Shown piece by piece: positions 8,437 to 17,123 of a stretch of DNA of 36,432 bases. How positions within the stretch are numbered: the first letter of the stretch is position 1; the number at the start of each line of letters is the position of its first letter. Origin of the DNA: a virus (lineage: Duplodnaviria > Caudoviricetes); IMG/VR virus record IMGVR_UViG_3300037440_000357, positions 1-36,432 of that record, one strand, 5' to 3'. Below the pieces are notes generated by a model. It did not search any database. It was not told the origin of the DNA and was given only the letters and a program-made list of their open reading frames with translations. The position numbers and the translations under genes are program-made.

Positions 8437-8844
8437 TCAGATCGGCAGTTCATCATCGAACGGCAGGGGTGCGTGATAATCGGTTTTCGGCTTATCGGCG
8501 GGCGGTTTGGCGCGCGTGCGTTTCGGCCGCTGCTGCCCAATCTTGCCCATGGGCTGTACGAGGTTTGCGGCGACCGACAGCATCGTGCGGCTGGTGCCGT
8601 CATTGTTCTGCCAGCTGCGCAAGGAGATGCGGCCCTCGACATAGAGGCGGTCGCCTTTGACGAGTGCAACGGCGGTATCGACCATCGGCCCGAAGCAGGC
8701 GACGTCGAGCCACTGCGTGTCCGGTTCCTCGCCGACGGCGACGGAGAAGCTGGCCCAGTCGCGGCCGGTGCGTTCGGAGGTGCGCCGCGTCGGCTCCCGG
8801 CCGCAGATGCCGGTGAAGGCGCATTCGATGGCGCCGGGCTTCAT
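8437..8844 (-). CDS. ssb: Single-stranded DNA-binding protein
   Basis: OB-fold motifs TQWLDVACFG and KGDRLYVEGRI; acidic tail FDDELPI. Confidence 0.92.
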   Translation of the reverse strand: MKPGAIECAFTGICGREPTRRTSERTGRDWASFSVAVGEEPDTQWLDVACFGPMVDTAVALVKGDRLYVEGRISLRSWQNNDGTSRTMLSVAANLVQPMGKIGQQRPKRTRAKPPADKPKTDYHAPLPFDDELPI

Positions 8845-9287
8845 GGGGCGGTGACTGCGAAGTATAGCTCGTCTAGACGATCCGCCTCAGCTATGCACTC
8901 CTCGCCCTTGCGCCGCATATATTTGCGGGCATCATCCAGTAGGTGAGGCTTCGCGATCAAATCAGCGACATCGACGTGCTGACTAATGCCCTCGACAAAA
9001 TACCGGACGTTCTTAAGGCCGATCTTCTTCACGATCGTCCTGAACTGCGGCGCAATCTGTCCGAAGTCGATCTGCCTGTCGTCCGGACACGACTTTAAAA
9101 CTCTCCGCACCGAGAGCATCACACCGTCTCGCAGCATCACCGAAGCCCCCTCCACATCCGCAGCCCTGACGGTCTCCGGGAACGCCAATCCCATGACGGA
9201 ATCGGTGATTGCGCTGGCGCTATAGCCAACCTTGGCAGCGGCCTGCCAAACGAGTTTGTAAAAAATGTCAAGCTTGGTGTTCAGCAT
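8841..9287 (-). CDS. Hypothetical protein
   Basis: ATG at 9287 with GGAG upstream; overlaps both neighbours. Confidence 0.6.
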   Translation of the reverse strand: MLNTKLDIFYKLVWQAAAKVGYSASAITDSVMGLAFPETVRAADVEGASVMLRDGVMLSVRRVLKSCPDDRQIDFGQIAPQFRTIVKKIGLKNVRYFVEGISQHVDVADLIAKPHLLDDARKYMRRKGEECIAEADRLDELYFAVTAP

Positions 9288-10026
9288 TGGCTGTCTCCAA
9301 AATCTGGGTGAGAAAATTGCGGCAACGGCGAATGGTCTCCAGGTTGCGTTCGCGCATCCCTTCATCGAGAAAGCCGCCGATTATGTATTCGGGCGCGAAG
9401 CTGCCGGCGCGGGAGAGCAGGTCGCGGCAGTTGCCGGCAACAACGAGCATGGCCTCAAATTGCGGATCGCTTTCCACCTCTGACGGCCGCCGGCGGGACA
9501 TAGGATCAGTGCCACGAATGCCTTGCTTGGCAGCGTAAAGAAGTGCCTCGCGGATTGCTGCCTTGGTCGGTTCCTCGCCGCGATCAATGCGTTCGTCGAG
9601 CGTCCGGCGGATGATACCGGGATCGGCGCGCTCGGCATCGCGCAGGCTGCGCGCTTCGTGGATGTCTTTGTGAGACAGACCGAGGTCGGCGACAGTCGCT
9701 AAACCTTCCGCTTGGGAAGGTTTACCTTGCCCTGCCACCTCTCCCCGTTCCTGCGCCGCGTCATATTCGTCAGCCAGCCGACGTTTTGCGCCTGCCTCGA
9801 TTTCCAATGCGCTGGCCTGGGCACGATAGACGCGCTGCAGGACATCGTCGTGAGCCTGTTTCGCGCGGGAAAGACGTGCGGTTCGTTTTGCCAAATCGTA
9901 GGCCGCTGACGCGATCTCCTTCGCCTCCAGTATCTCGGCCGAGGTCTTCGCGCCCGTGAGCGCATTTGCGGCGCGATCGATCAATCTCGACAGCGACGTT
10001 TCTTCTGCAACGATCAGGCTACTCAC
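9268..10026 (-). CDS. Phage DNA-binding-type protein
   Basis: AKRRLADEYDAAQERGEV followed by an HTH-like TVADLGLSHKDIHEAR segment. Confidence 0.65.
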   Translation of the reverse strand: MSSLIVAEETSLSRLIDRAANALTGAKTSAEILEAKEIASAAYDLAKRTARLSRAKQAHDDVLQRVYRAQASALEIEAGAKRRLADEYDAAQERGEVAGQGKPSQAEGLATVADLGLSHKDIHEARSLRDAERADPGIIRRTLDERIDRGEEPTKAAIREALLYAAKQGIRGTDPMSRRRPSEVESDPQFEAMLVVAGNCRDLLSRAGSFAPEYIIGGFLDEGMRERNLETIRRCRNFLTQILETANAEHQA

Positions 10027-10505
10027 ACTACGCCCTCCAACATTGTTTGAAGCGCCCGTCCGGCGCGCAGATCGGCCTCGTCATAGTCGAACGGCTTGCC
10101 CGCCACCGGCGCCAGGCTGACGCTCGACCGTGGCAGGGTGACAGCCGGCGCCCGCCGCCGCTTGCCCTTGCGCCGGTGTGGGGCATAGAGCCCGTGGCGC
10201 TCCATGTGGCCGGAGACGGTGCCGCGGCTGACGCCGAAATGCGCCGCGATCAGGGTGGCGCCGAGCCCGGACATGGACATCTCGCGGATCGCCGCCTCAT
10301 GCCCGGCGAGCGGACAGGGCTTGGATTTCGTGCTGAAGGGGAGTTCGTAAGGCTGCCGGCCCACGCTTCGTAGCCATCCGTCCAAATGCACGACCTGCAC
10401 TCTGGTCATGCCGATCTCGGCGGCGATCAGATCCCGCGGCACCTCGCGCCGACATAGATCATGGAACCGGGCGATCAGTTCGTCGGTCCAGATGCGCGGC
10501 GGCAT
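10023..10505 (-). CDS. Protein with two GcrA-like HTH modules
   Basis: WTDELIARF...IAAEIGMTRVQV and IAAHFGVSRGTVSGHMERHGL both resemble the GcrA N-terminal HTH. Confidence 0.6.
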   Translation of the reverse strand: MPPRIWTDELIARFHDLCRREVPRDLIAAEIGMTRVQVVHLDGWLRSVGRQPYELPFSTKSKPCPLAGHEAAIREMSMSGLGATLIAAHFGVSRGTVSGHMERHGLYAPHRRKGKRRRAPAVTLPRSSVSLAPVAGKPFDYDEADLRAGRALQTMLEGVV

Positions 10506-10969
10506 CAGCTCGTCGCCTCTGGCTCATCGATCTCCACCGCCAGCAGTCCGCGCGGGGTTTGTATGCACCGAGCGCGCAGGCGCTGGTCTGTGTGCAGGCC
10601 GAAAAAGCCGGAAGCGCGCACAGTGTCCATGTGGATGAAAATATCGCCGCCGCGATCGAACGCGACCAGAAAGCCGTACCCTGCCTCGCGGTTGAACCAT
10701 TTGACGCAGCAGCCGATCCATTCGCCGGGCGCGGTCACGGCCGCAATGTCCGCCGTGTCGACGCTCAAAACCTTGTCGACCTGCTCGCCGCGGTCGGTGT
10801 CGATGGTGGTGAATTCGACGCGGGCGCCGATCGGAAGCTTGACGATGCCGCATTTCTGCAGCGTCTTAAAGTGGAAAAAGAATCTTCGGGATCGGCCGTC
10901 CTGGGCGATGAAGCCAAAGCCGCGAGCGTCGTTCAGTTCCTGTACGCGGCCACTATAAGCTTGCGTCAT
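10505..10969 (-). CDS. Tandem cold-shock domain protein
   Basis: Two RNP1/RNP2 pairs: RGFGFI...FFHF and VKWFN..AGYGFL...DIFIH. Confidence 0.85.
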   Translation of the reverse strand: MTQAYSGRVQELNDARGFGFIAQDGRSRRFFFHFKTLQKCGIVKLPIGARVEFTTIDTDRGEQVDKVLSVDTADIAAVTAPGEWIGCCVKWFNREAGYGFLVAFDRGGDIFIHMDTVRASGFFGLHTDQRLRARCIQTPRGLLAVEIDEPEATS

Positions 10970-10993
10970 TCGATTACTCCTTACTGATTGTCA

Positions 10994-11254
10994 TCACGCC
11001 GCCTCCGCGTTGCAGTCTGGCTCCTGTTTTGCGCCGCCTTGGGCTGAGGCCAGCATCAGATCGTCGGCGGTGATCTTGATGGCGAAGCGCCGGTCGAGCG
11101 CCTCGATGAAGCGCGGCCAGTATTTTGGGAGCATCCGATTCCGCTCGCGCCACATCCGAGCGCAGTACGGCGACACAGCCATGTCTTCCGCCCGAGCTTC
11201 GTCGTTTGGCCAGTTTTTAAGCAGGTCTGTGAAAGACGGAATATTTTCATGCAT
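10994..11254 (-). CDS. Cro-like repressor
   Basis: Small HTH-like ORF (ATG 11254) divergent from cI across an operator cluster. Confidence 0.65.
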   Translation of the reverse strand: MHENIPSFTDLLKNWPNDEARAEDMAVSPYCARMWRERNRMLPKYWPRFIEALDRRFAIKITADDLMLASAQGGAKQEPDCNAEAA

Positions 11255-11265
11255 GAATCCGATAA

Positions 11266-11363
11266 TGCACAAAACGCGCACGGCTGCAACGCACAAAATG
11301 TGCACGGCAACCCTTGCTAAATTTGGGATGAATTCTATATCGGCTCAGTGTACATTCTGTGCA
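11266..11363. promoter_or_regulatory. OR-like operators, consensus TGCAC-N5-GTGCA
   Basis: TGCACAAAACGCGCA 11266, CGCACAAAATGTGCA 11290, TGTACATTCTGTGCA 11349. Confidence 0.75.
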
Positions 11364-11386
11364 ACGCAATAAGATTCGGGGCCGCG

Positions 11387-12193
11387 ATGGAATTCAAGGA
11401 CGAGCTTGCGCGGCGGCTGAAGGAGGAGTTCGCCTGCCGCCTGCGCCGCGCCCAGGCGAGGCGCTTCGATAACGCCACACAGGCCATTGAAGCGCTCGGC
11501 GAGCGGTTCGGCATCAGGCGCCGGACCTATTACAGTCACGCATCCCCCTCAGATCCCAGAATGCCGAAAGGGGCCGACCTTGCCCGCTATGCGGAGCTGT
11601 TCGAAGTCTCCGTCGCCTACCTGCTTTCCGGGGCCGATGCGCATCTTTATGAAGACCAGGAGTTAGTAGTTCCCAAAGAGCATGGCGACATTAACGAAGA
11701 TGAATCCGCGCCAATTAACCAAGCATCGGTAAAGGGTGATTCAAAATCTTCCCATAACGGGGAAATTCGTCTAATAGTGAAGTTGTCGGCAGGTGGCGTA
11801 AAAAAACTAAGCAGCGAATGGGGAGACCTGACTAAGATGTCAGGGCAGCGCTTGCCAGTGCCGGCATTCATAGACGCAGGACCGCGTGCTTTCTGGTACC
11901 AGATCACAGAACACGACCAGTCGATGGTCACCAGCGACAGTTTTTCGCTGACGCCTGGGGCAATATTCCTGGTCGATCTCGACCGCCCCATCATGCCCGG
12001 CGACCATGTCTGCGCCTATCTCGAAGGCTTTGCCGAGCCGGTGATCCGCAAATATGTCGCCAGCCGCCCCCATAGCACGGGCGCCAGCTTCACGCTCGAG
12101 GCGCGCAATCCCGCCTACCGTCCGATCGACGTTCCCAAGGACGGCCATTGCCGGCTGATCGGCCGCGTGATTTTCTTCGCCAATCCCATCTAA
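11387..12193 (+). CDS. cI: CI-like repressor (HTH plus S24 peptidase-like domain)
   Basis: N-terminal HTH (YAELFEVSVAYLL); C-terminal QSM...PG..FLVD...VIRKY...NPAY...IGRV autocleavage-type domain. Confidence 0.85.
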   Translation: MEFKDELARRLKEEFACRLRRAQARRFDNATQAIEALGERFGIRRRTYYSHASPSDPRMPKGADLARYAELFEVSVAYLLSGADAHLYEDQELVVPKEHGDINEDESAPINQASVKGDSKSSHNGEIRLIVKLSAGGVKKLSSEWGDLTKMSGQRLPVPAFIDAGPRAFWYQITEHDQSMVTSDSFSLTPGAIFLVDLDRPIMPGDHVCAYLEGFAEPVIRKYVASRPHSTGASFTLEARNPAYRPIDVPKDGHCRLIGRVIFFANPI

Positions 12194-12202
12194 AATCAAC
12201 AA

Positions 12203-12271
12203 TGCACAATTTGTGCATTTTATGCTTGACATCGATGTGCACTCGTCCAATTATGTGCACGTAACGTGCAC
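12203..12271 (+). promoter_or_regulatory. OL-like operators with a TTGACA -35 element (pL-like early promoter)
   Basis: TGCACAATTTGTGCA 12203-12217, TTGACA 12226-12231, GTGCACGTAACGTGCAC 12255-12271. Confidence 0.75.
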
Positions 12272-12282
12272 TTTGCATGTTA

Positions 12283-12390
12283 CTGTGGAACTAGCGGTTC
12301 TCCGCACTCTGGTGGTTCCGCAGCCCTCCTTGGGCGTTTCCTCCCTGAACTGGCCGGTCTTTGTTCCCAAGCATCGACCGGCCCCTTTTC
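12283..12390 (+). ncRNA. alpha-r8 / SuhB / MmgR-like small RNA
   Basis: 5' hairpin 12283-12323, then CCCTCCTTGGGCGTTTCCTCCCT (12324-12346, family core), then terminator stem GGCCGGTC/GACCGGCC followed by TTTT. Confidence 0.75.
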
Positions 12391-12403
12391 AGAAGGTTGC
12401 ACG

Positions 12404-12760
12404 GTGTCATTCATTGCCGAGTGCGTTTATCAGCCGACGGCGTACGGGCTGATCTTCCTTCCCCCCTGCGAAGCCGACCACCCTTGCGAACTGCAGGTCG
12501 ATATCGCCGTGACAGACTATTGCCCGGCCGAGCCCGGCGTTGGCGCCGGCCCCTCCTTCGACTGGGAGATCGAGCGCGTCTGGTTCATCGACATGCGCTG
12601 GGGTTACGATGTCTGGGATAAGCCCATGCGCCCCCTCGACGATGCCGCCGACGCTCGCGCCCGGCGCTTCATCGAGACCTATTACGGCGACGAGCTTGCC
12701 GAGCGGGCAATTTATGAGGCTGCCGAACTTTATGGTGTTAGCCATCAGGTGGCGGCATGA
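12404..12760 (+). CDS. Hypothetical early protein
   Basis: GTG at 12404 with GAAGG RBS; ATGA overlap downstream. Confidence 0.6.
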   Translation: MSFIAECVYQPTAYGLIFLPPCEADHPCELQVDIAVTDYCPAEPGVGAGPSFDWEIERVWFIDMRWGYDVWDKPMRPLDDAADARARRFIETYYGDELAERAIYEAAELYGVSHQVAA

Positions 12761-13068
12761 GCGAGGCCCCCGCCACCGATCTCGACTTCGCTCGCTACGC
12801 GCCGGAGCCGCCGCGCCTGGTCTGGGATAATCCGCAACATCAGCCGGCCGACGATCTGACCCAGGCGGTTTTCGCAATCCGCGCCGGTCTGATGCTGGTT
12901 GCGCGCCTGATACTGATTGCCGGCTGCATCGTCTGCCGCCGTGCCATGAACCGCTGCCGGACCGCGATCGAGCGGCTGCTCGGTTCACTGCTCGCCGCTT
13001 GGAGCGTCGCCGGTCTCGGCTGGGGCGTCGCCATCGGTCTCCCACTCATCCAATTTTTAGCGAGGTAA
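12757..13068 (+). CDS. Hypothetical membrane protein
   Basis: Two hydrophobic segments; translationally coupled start. Confidence 0.6.
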   Translation: MSEAPATDLDFARYAPEPPRLVWDNPQHQPADDLTQAVFAIRAGLMLVARLILIAGCIVCRRAMNRCRTAIERLLGSLLAAWSVAGLGWGVAIGLPLIQFLAR

Positions 13069-13073
13069 AGCCA

Positions 13074-13424
13074 ATGCCCTGGCGAGACAACCCACGAAAG
13101 AAATTCCACGAAACCCTGATCATGCTGCAGGAGGTACGCGGTGAGGATGAAACCATTCGCATGCTCGAAGCGGAACTTGAGCGCCTCCGCGTCGTCAAGG
13201 AATACCGTCAGAACCGCCGCGACCTCGCCATCGCCTCGGAACGTCAGGCGGAACTCGAACGCCGGCTTGACGCTGCGGCCGACGCCCTGGAGTTCTACGC
13301 GAACGGGGAAAACTATGAAGGTCGCGCAGCCTCGCCAATCCAGAAAGATAAGGGGCTGCTTGCGCGCAATGCGCTCGCGGCAATAGAGCCTGAATCCGAC
13401 GAAGACGAAGGGGAGGCGGAATGA
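13074..13424 (+). CDS. Hypothetical coiled-coil protein
   Basis: ATG 13074 after GAGG; ALEFYA motif seen in phage early proteins. Confidence 0.65.
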   Translation: MPWRDNPRKKFHETLIMLQEVRGEDETIRMLEAELERLRVVKEYRQNRRDLAIASERQAELERRLDAAADALEFYANGENYEGRAASPIQKDKGLLARNALAAIEPESDEDEGEAE

Positions 13425-13585
13425 TGGGCGCCACCGACGAGCAGGCCGAAGCGGCCATCGCCATTCTGGAGCGCGCCATCGAGGCAGCCAGGAACGGCAA
13501 CCAGGCGGGTGAGAACGCGGTGGTGAAGGCCGCCGCCGCGCTCGCCCGGCCATCCGAGCAGAAGGAGCGGCCCCATGTCCATTGA
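13421..13585 (+). CDS. 54-aa hypothetical protein
   Basis: Manually translated (MMGATDEQAEAAIAILERA...); GGAGG RBS, ATGA overlap. Confidence 0.55.
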   Translation: MMGATDEQAEAAIAILERAIEAARNGNQAGENAVVKAAAALARPSEQKERPHVH

Positions 13586-14498
13586 ACGCTGGACCATCAC
13601 CGGCCGCGATGAATGGCTGGAGCGTCGCAAGGCCAATATCAACGGCTCCGAGATCGGCGCGCTGTTCGGGCAATCGCCCTATATGACGCGGCTGGGGCTT
13701 TATGCCGAAAAGGCCGGGCTGGCCGACATGCAAGGGCCCGACAGCGATGTGCTGCGCCGCGGTCGCTGGCTGGAGCCGGCGATCCCGGTTGCGGTGCTTG
13801 AGCAGAAACCGGACTGGAAGATCGAGAAATCCGACGCTTACTTTTCGAGCCCGGATCTGCGCATCGGCTGCACGCCGGATTTCATCGTCCATTGCCCGAC
13901 GCGCGGCGCCGGCGTGCTGCAGGGCAAGACGGTCGCCAAGCCGGTCTTCGATGCCGACTGGCAGGATGGGCCGCCGCTCTGGATCATCCTGCAGACGCTG
14001 CAGGAGATGATGCTGACGGAGGTGCAATGGGGCGCGATCGGCGTGCTGATCGTCAGCTCCTACACGGTCGACTGCCGGGTCTGGGAATTCGAGCGTCATG
14101 CCGAAACCGAGGCCCGCATCATCTTCGAGGCCGCCAAATTCTGGACCGACGTCGAGGCCGGGGTCGAGCCGGCGCCGGACTACAGCCTGGACGCCGATGT
14201 CATCCGGGCGATCTATCCCCGCGACAACGGCACCACCATCGATCTGTCGCGTGATAATCGGATGCCGGAGCTGCTGGACGAATTCGAGCGGCTGAACGCG
14301 GAAGAAAAGGGCGCCGCCAAACAGCTGAAGGCGGTCAAGGCCGAGATCGCGGCCAAGCTCGGCGATGCGGCCGCGGCGACGCTGCCCGGCTGGGAAGTCA
14401 GAAATACGACGGTCGAGCGTGCCGGCTATACGGTGCAGCCGACCAGTTACCGGCAGTTGCGCGTCAAACGCACGGCCAGCGAGAGGAAAGCGGCATGA
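13575..14498 (+). CDS. YqaJ-like recombination exonuclease
   Basis: WLERRKANINGSE, GRWLEPAI, IGCTPD and Q..Q.M motifs; adjacent to recT. Confidence 0.9.
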   Translation: MSIERWTITGRDEWLERRKANINGSEIGALFGQSPYMTRLGLYAEKAGLADMQGPDSDVLRRGRWLEPAIPVAVLEQKPDWKIEKSDAYFSSPDLRIGCTPDFIVHCPTRGAGVLQGKTVAKPVFDADWQDGPPLWIILQTLQEMMLTEVQWGAIGVLIVSSYTVDCRVWEFERHAETEARIIFEAAKFWTDVEAGVEPAPDYSLDADVIRAIYPRDNGTTIDLSRDNRMPELLDEFERLNAEEKGAAKQLKAVKAEIAAKLGDAAAATLPGWEVRNTTVERAGYTVQPTSYRQLRVKRTASERKAA

Positions 14499-15601
14499 CA
14501 CAGATGACAACGCAGGCGAGCAGCGCGATCACCACCCTGCGCGACGCGCTGACCCGCATGGGCGGCGAGTTCAAGGTGGCGCTGCCCGACCACATCACGC
14601 CGGAGCGCTTCCAGCGCGTCACGATGACGGCGATCCAGCGCAACCCCGACCTGATCGTTGCCGACCGCAAGACGCTGTTCGAGGCCTGCATGATGGCGGC
14701 CCAGGACGGGCTGCTGCCGGATGGCCGCGAGGCGGCGCTGGTGATCTTCAACACAAAGAGGGGCGACGGCTGGGTCAAGGCGGTGCAGTACATGCCGATG
14801 GTCGCCGGCATCCGAAAGAAGGTCTACCAGTCCGGCGAGATCAAGGGGCTGGTGGCGCGCATCGCTTATCAAAACGACCAGTTCGATGTCCGTTACGGCG
14901 ACAGCGAGCGCATCGACCACACGCCGAACCTGTTCGATCGCGGCGAGATGATCGCCGCCTATGCGGTCGCCACCTATCGCGACGGCTCTAAGGAGTTCGA
15001 GGTCATGACCATCGACGACATCGAAAAGGTCCGCAAGATCTCCCGCAGCGCCGGCAAGGGGCCGTGGGCCGACTGGTACGAGGAGATGGCCAAGAAGACG
15101 GTCATCCGCCGGCTGTCCAAGAACCTGCCGCTCTCGCCCGAGCTTAACGACTTCATGCGGCGGGACGACAGCTTCTATGATCTTAACTCCAGCACGACGC
15201 CTGCGCGCCGGATCAAGTCGGTCCAGCCGCAGACCATCGAAGCCCGGCTCGACCGTTTCGCCGGCGCCGATGACGACGATTCAGGCCCCGCGGTTCCCAC
15301 GTCCCCGGAGCCTGAGACTGAGGAGACGCCTAGCCCGCTCACCTCCTCAGAGTCCGCACCGCCCGAGGCCCAACCCTCGCAACCTTCGCAGGCCGAGGGT
15401 GGTGCGGACGCCCCCAATGAGGTGCCAGTCAAGATCGCCGACGCAGTGGCGCGCGGCCGGGCGGCGCGGGCGAGCGGCCACAAGCGCGAGGTGCCGAAGG
15501 GCTACCACTACAAATCGCGCCAGGACGAGGCCGACGCCTTTCTGGCCGGCTGGGATGAGGAGAACGAAGTGATCCGGGCCTATGAATCCGGCACGGTGTG
15601 A
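14495..15601 (+). CDS. recT: RecT-family recombinase
   Basis: LPDHITPERF, AAQDGLLPDGREA, GPW...YEEMAKKTVIRRL. Confidence 0.93.
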   Translation: MTQMTTQASSAITTLRDALTRMGGEFKVALPDHITPERFQRVTMTAIQRNPDLIVADRKTLFEACMMAAQDGLLPDGREAALVIFNTKRGDGWVKAVQYMPMVAGIRKKVYQSGEIKGLVARIAYQNDQFDVRYGDSERIDHTPNLFDRGEMIAAYAVATYRDGSKEFEVMTIDDIEKVRKISRSAGKGPWADWYEEMAKKTVIRRLSKNLPLSPELNDFMRRDDSFYDLNSSTTPARRIKSVQPQTIEARLDRFAGADDDDSGPAVPTSPEPETEETPSPLTSSESAPPEAQPSQPSQAEGGADAPNEVPVKIADAVARGRAARASGHKREVPKGYHYKSRQDEADAFLAGWDEENEVIRAYESGTV

Positions 15602-15613
15602 GGGGGGCTGCAA

Positions 15614-15889
15614 ATGGGACTGCCAATTTCAAAGGAAGACAGACTGATGGATGAAATCTGGGAAGAGCTTGCGATCGCTCGCGCAAGGTTCCCAGCGCCG
15701 AACCTGAACATGTGCGCCCTCACCGAAGAAGTCGGCGAACTCGCCCAGGCGCTGCTGCACACCAAATTCGGCGGGCGATGCGGTGGCTGGGCAAACGTCC
15801 GCAAAGAGGCGATCCAGGTTGCGACGATGGCGATCCGCGTTGCCCTTGAAGGCGACTCGTCCATCGCCGAGCCAGGTGATGAGGATTGA
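15614..15889 (+). CDS. MazG-like NTP pyrophosphohydrolase
   Basis: LTEEVGELAQA...KEAIQVATMAIR (all-alpha NTP-PPase pattern). Confidence 0.7.
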   Translation: MGLPISKEDRLMDEIWEELAIARARFPAPNLNMCALTEEVGELAQALLHTKFGGRCGGWANVRKEAIQVATMAIRVALEGDSSIAEPGDED

Positions 15890-15892
15890 GCA

Positions 15893-16414
15893 ATGCGCAT
15901 AGCCAAAGCCAAACGCAAGGACGGCCAGTTGCAGGTCGAGATCGAGGACACCGACAGCGACACGGAACGCCGCACCAGCCTGAAGTCGCTGGGCGGCTGC
16001 CATCCTGATCTGGACGAAGCCTTCGACGCGCTAGCCCCGTGCGTCCGCGAAATCCTGGAATGGCCAAGCTCGCTCTACGGCAACTGCATGAAGGTCACCG
16101 GCGTCTCCTGGTCGGTCAGCGAAAAGACCGAGGTCGAGGGCGCGGTGATCTCGGCCCAGGCTGCGCTTGAGGATTGCAACTCGCCGTTCTGCTTCAACAC
16201 GCCGTTCCTGCCGTTCGAGCTTTACAACGAAGGGAACGAGGGCCAGCCGGTGATGCCGGACGGGGCGCAGGATGCGCTCGCCGCGCTGCGGGTCGAGGTC
16301 GAGGCCTACATCAACGGCAAGCGATCGCAGGGGGATTTGTTCGAGGAACTTTCTCAGAAAACTGCAGAAGTCGTGCACGCGATGATAGAGCCGCATTTAG
16401 GGGAGCACGCATGA
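15893..16414 (+). CDS. Hypothetical protein
   Basis: 173 aa; FNTP and YINGKRSQGDLF motifs of a recurrent phage family. Confidence 0.7.
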   Translation: MRIAKAKRKDGQLQVEIEDTDSDTERRTSLKSLGGCHPDLDEAFDALAPCVREILEWPSSLYGNCMKVTGVSWSVSEKTEVEGAVISAQAALEDCNSPFCFNTPFLPFELYNEGNEGQPVMPDGAQDALAALRVEVEAYINGKRSQGDLFEELSQKTAEVVHAMIEPHLGEHA

Positions 16415-16809
16415 AAATCTATCTCGCATCACGCTATTCGCGACACCCCGAGATGCAGGCCTATGCCCAGCAGCTTGGCCGCATGGGCCATGCCATCACG
16501 TCGCGCTGGATCAACGGCGACCACCAGATCGACGATGCTGGCCTCTCACTGCAAGCCAAGGCCGCAGAGCGCGTCAGGTTCGCGCAAGAGGATCAAGCCG
16601 ACCTCGTCGCGGCCGACTGCGTGATCTCGTTTACTGAAGCGCCTCGATCGACGAATTCACGTGGCGGACGCCACGTCGAGCACGGCATGGCTCTGGCGCT
16701 TGGCAAGCGGGTGATCGTTGTCGGGCATCGCGAGAACGTCTTCCACTGCCTGCCGGAGGTCGAGTTCTTCGAGCGGTGGCTTGACGCGGTTGAGGCGCTG
16801 ACGTCATGA
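16411..16809 (+). CDS. Nucleoside 2-deoxyribosyltransferase-like protein
   Basis: MKIYLAS...ED..DL..ADCV...GGRHVEHGMALALGKRV. Confidence 0.75.
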   Translation: MKIYLASRYSRHPEMQAYAQQLGRMGHAITSRWINGDHQIDDAGLSLQAKAAERVRFAQEDQADLVAADCVISFTEAPRSTNSRGGRHVEHGMALALGKRVIVVGHRENVFHCLPEVEFFERWLDAVEALTS

Positions 16810-17123
16810 CCACCAACCAGCGCATCGCCGCGATCATCGCCGGCAAGGTCTTCGACCTGGTCGCGCAAAGTGGCGTGCGCTCGGTCCTGAAAAGCCACAT
16901 CGAGCAGGCCGCCTTCGAAGCGCTCGCCATCGTCGAAGCGGACGCAGCGCGCGGTGGTCTGCTCGAGGCGCTTTCCGTTGCCCGCAGCGGCGATGAACTG
17001 CGCGCCGCCGCCGGCGAGCTGCTCAAGAGCCTCGATCCATTTCGCGCGACCATCCCGCCCGGCAAGCTTACCGTCGACATCAAGCGCCTCGAAACCGCGC
17101 TGCTGGCGGAGCTGCTGAAATGA
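16806..17123 (+). CDS. Hypothetical protein
   Basis: ATGA-coupled on both sides. Confidence 0.6.
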   Translation: MTTNQRIAAIIAGKVFDLVAQSGVRSVLKSHIEQAAFEALAIVEADAARGGLLEALSVARSGDELRAAAGELLKSLDPFRATIPPGKLTVDIKRLETALLAELLK

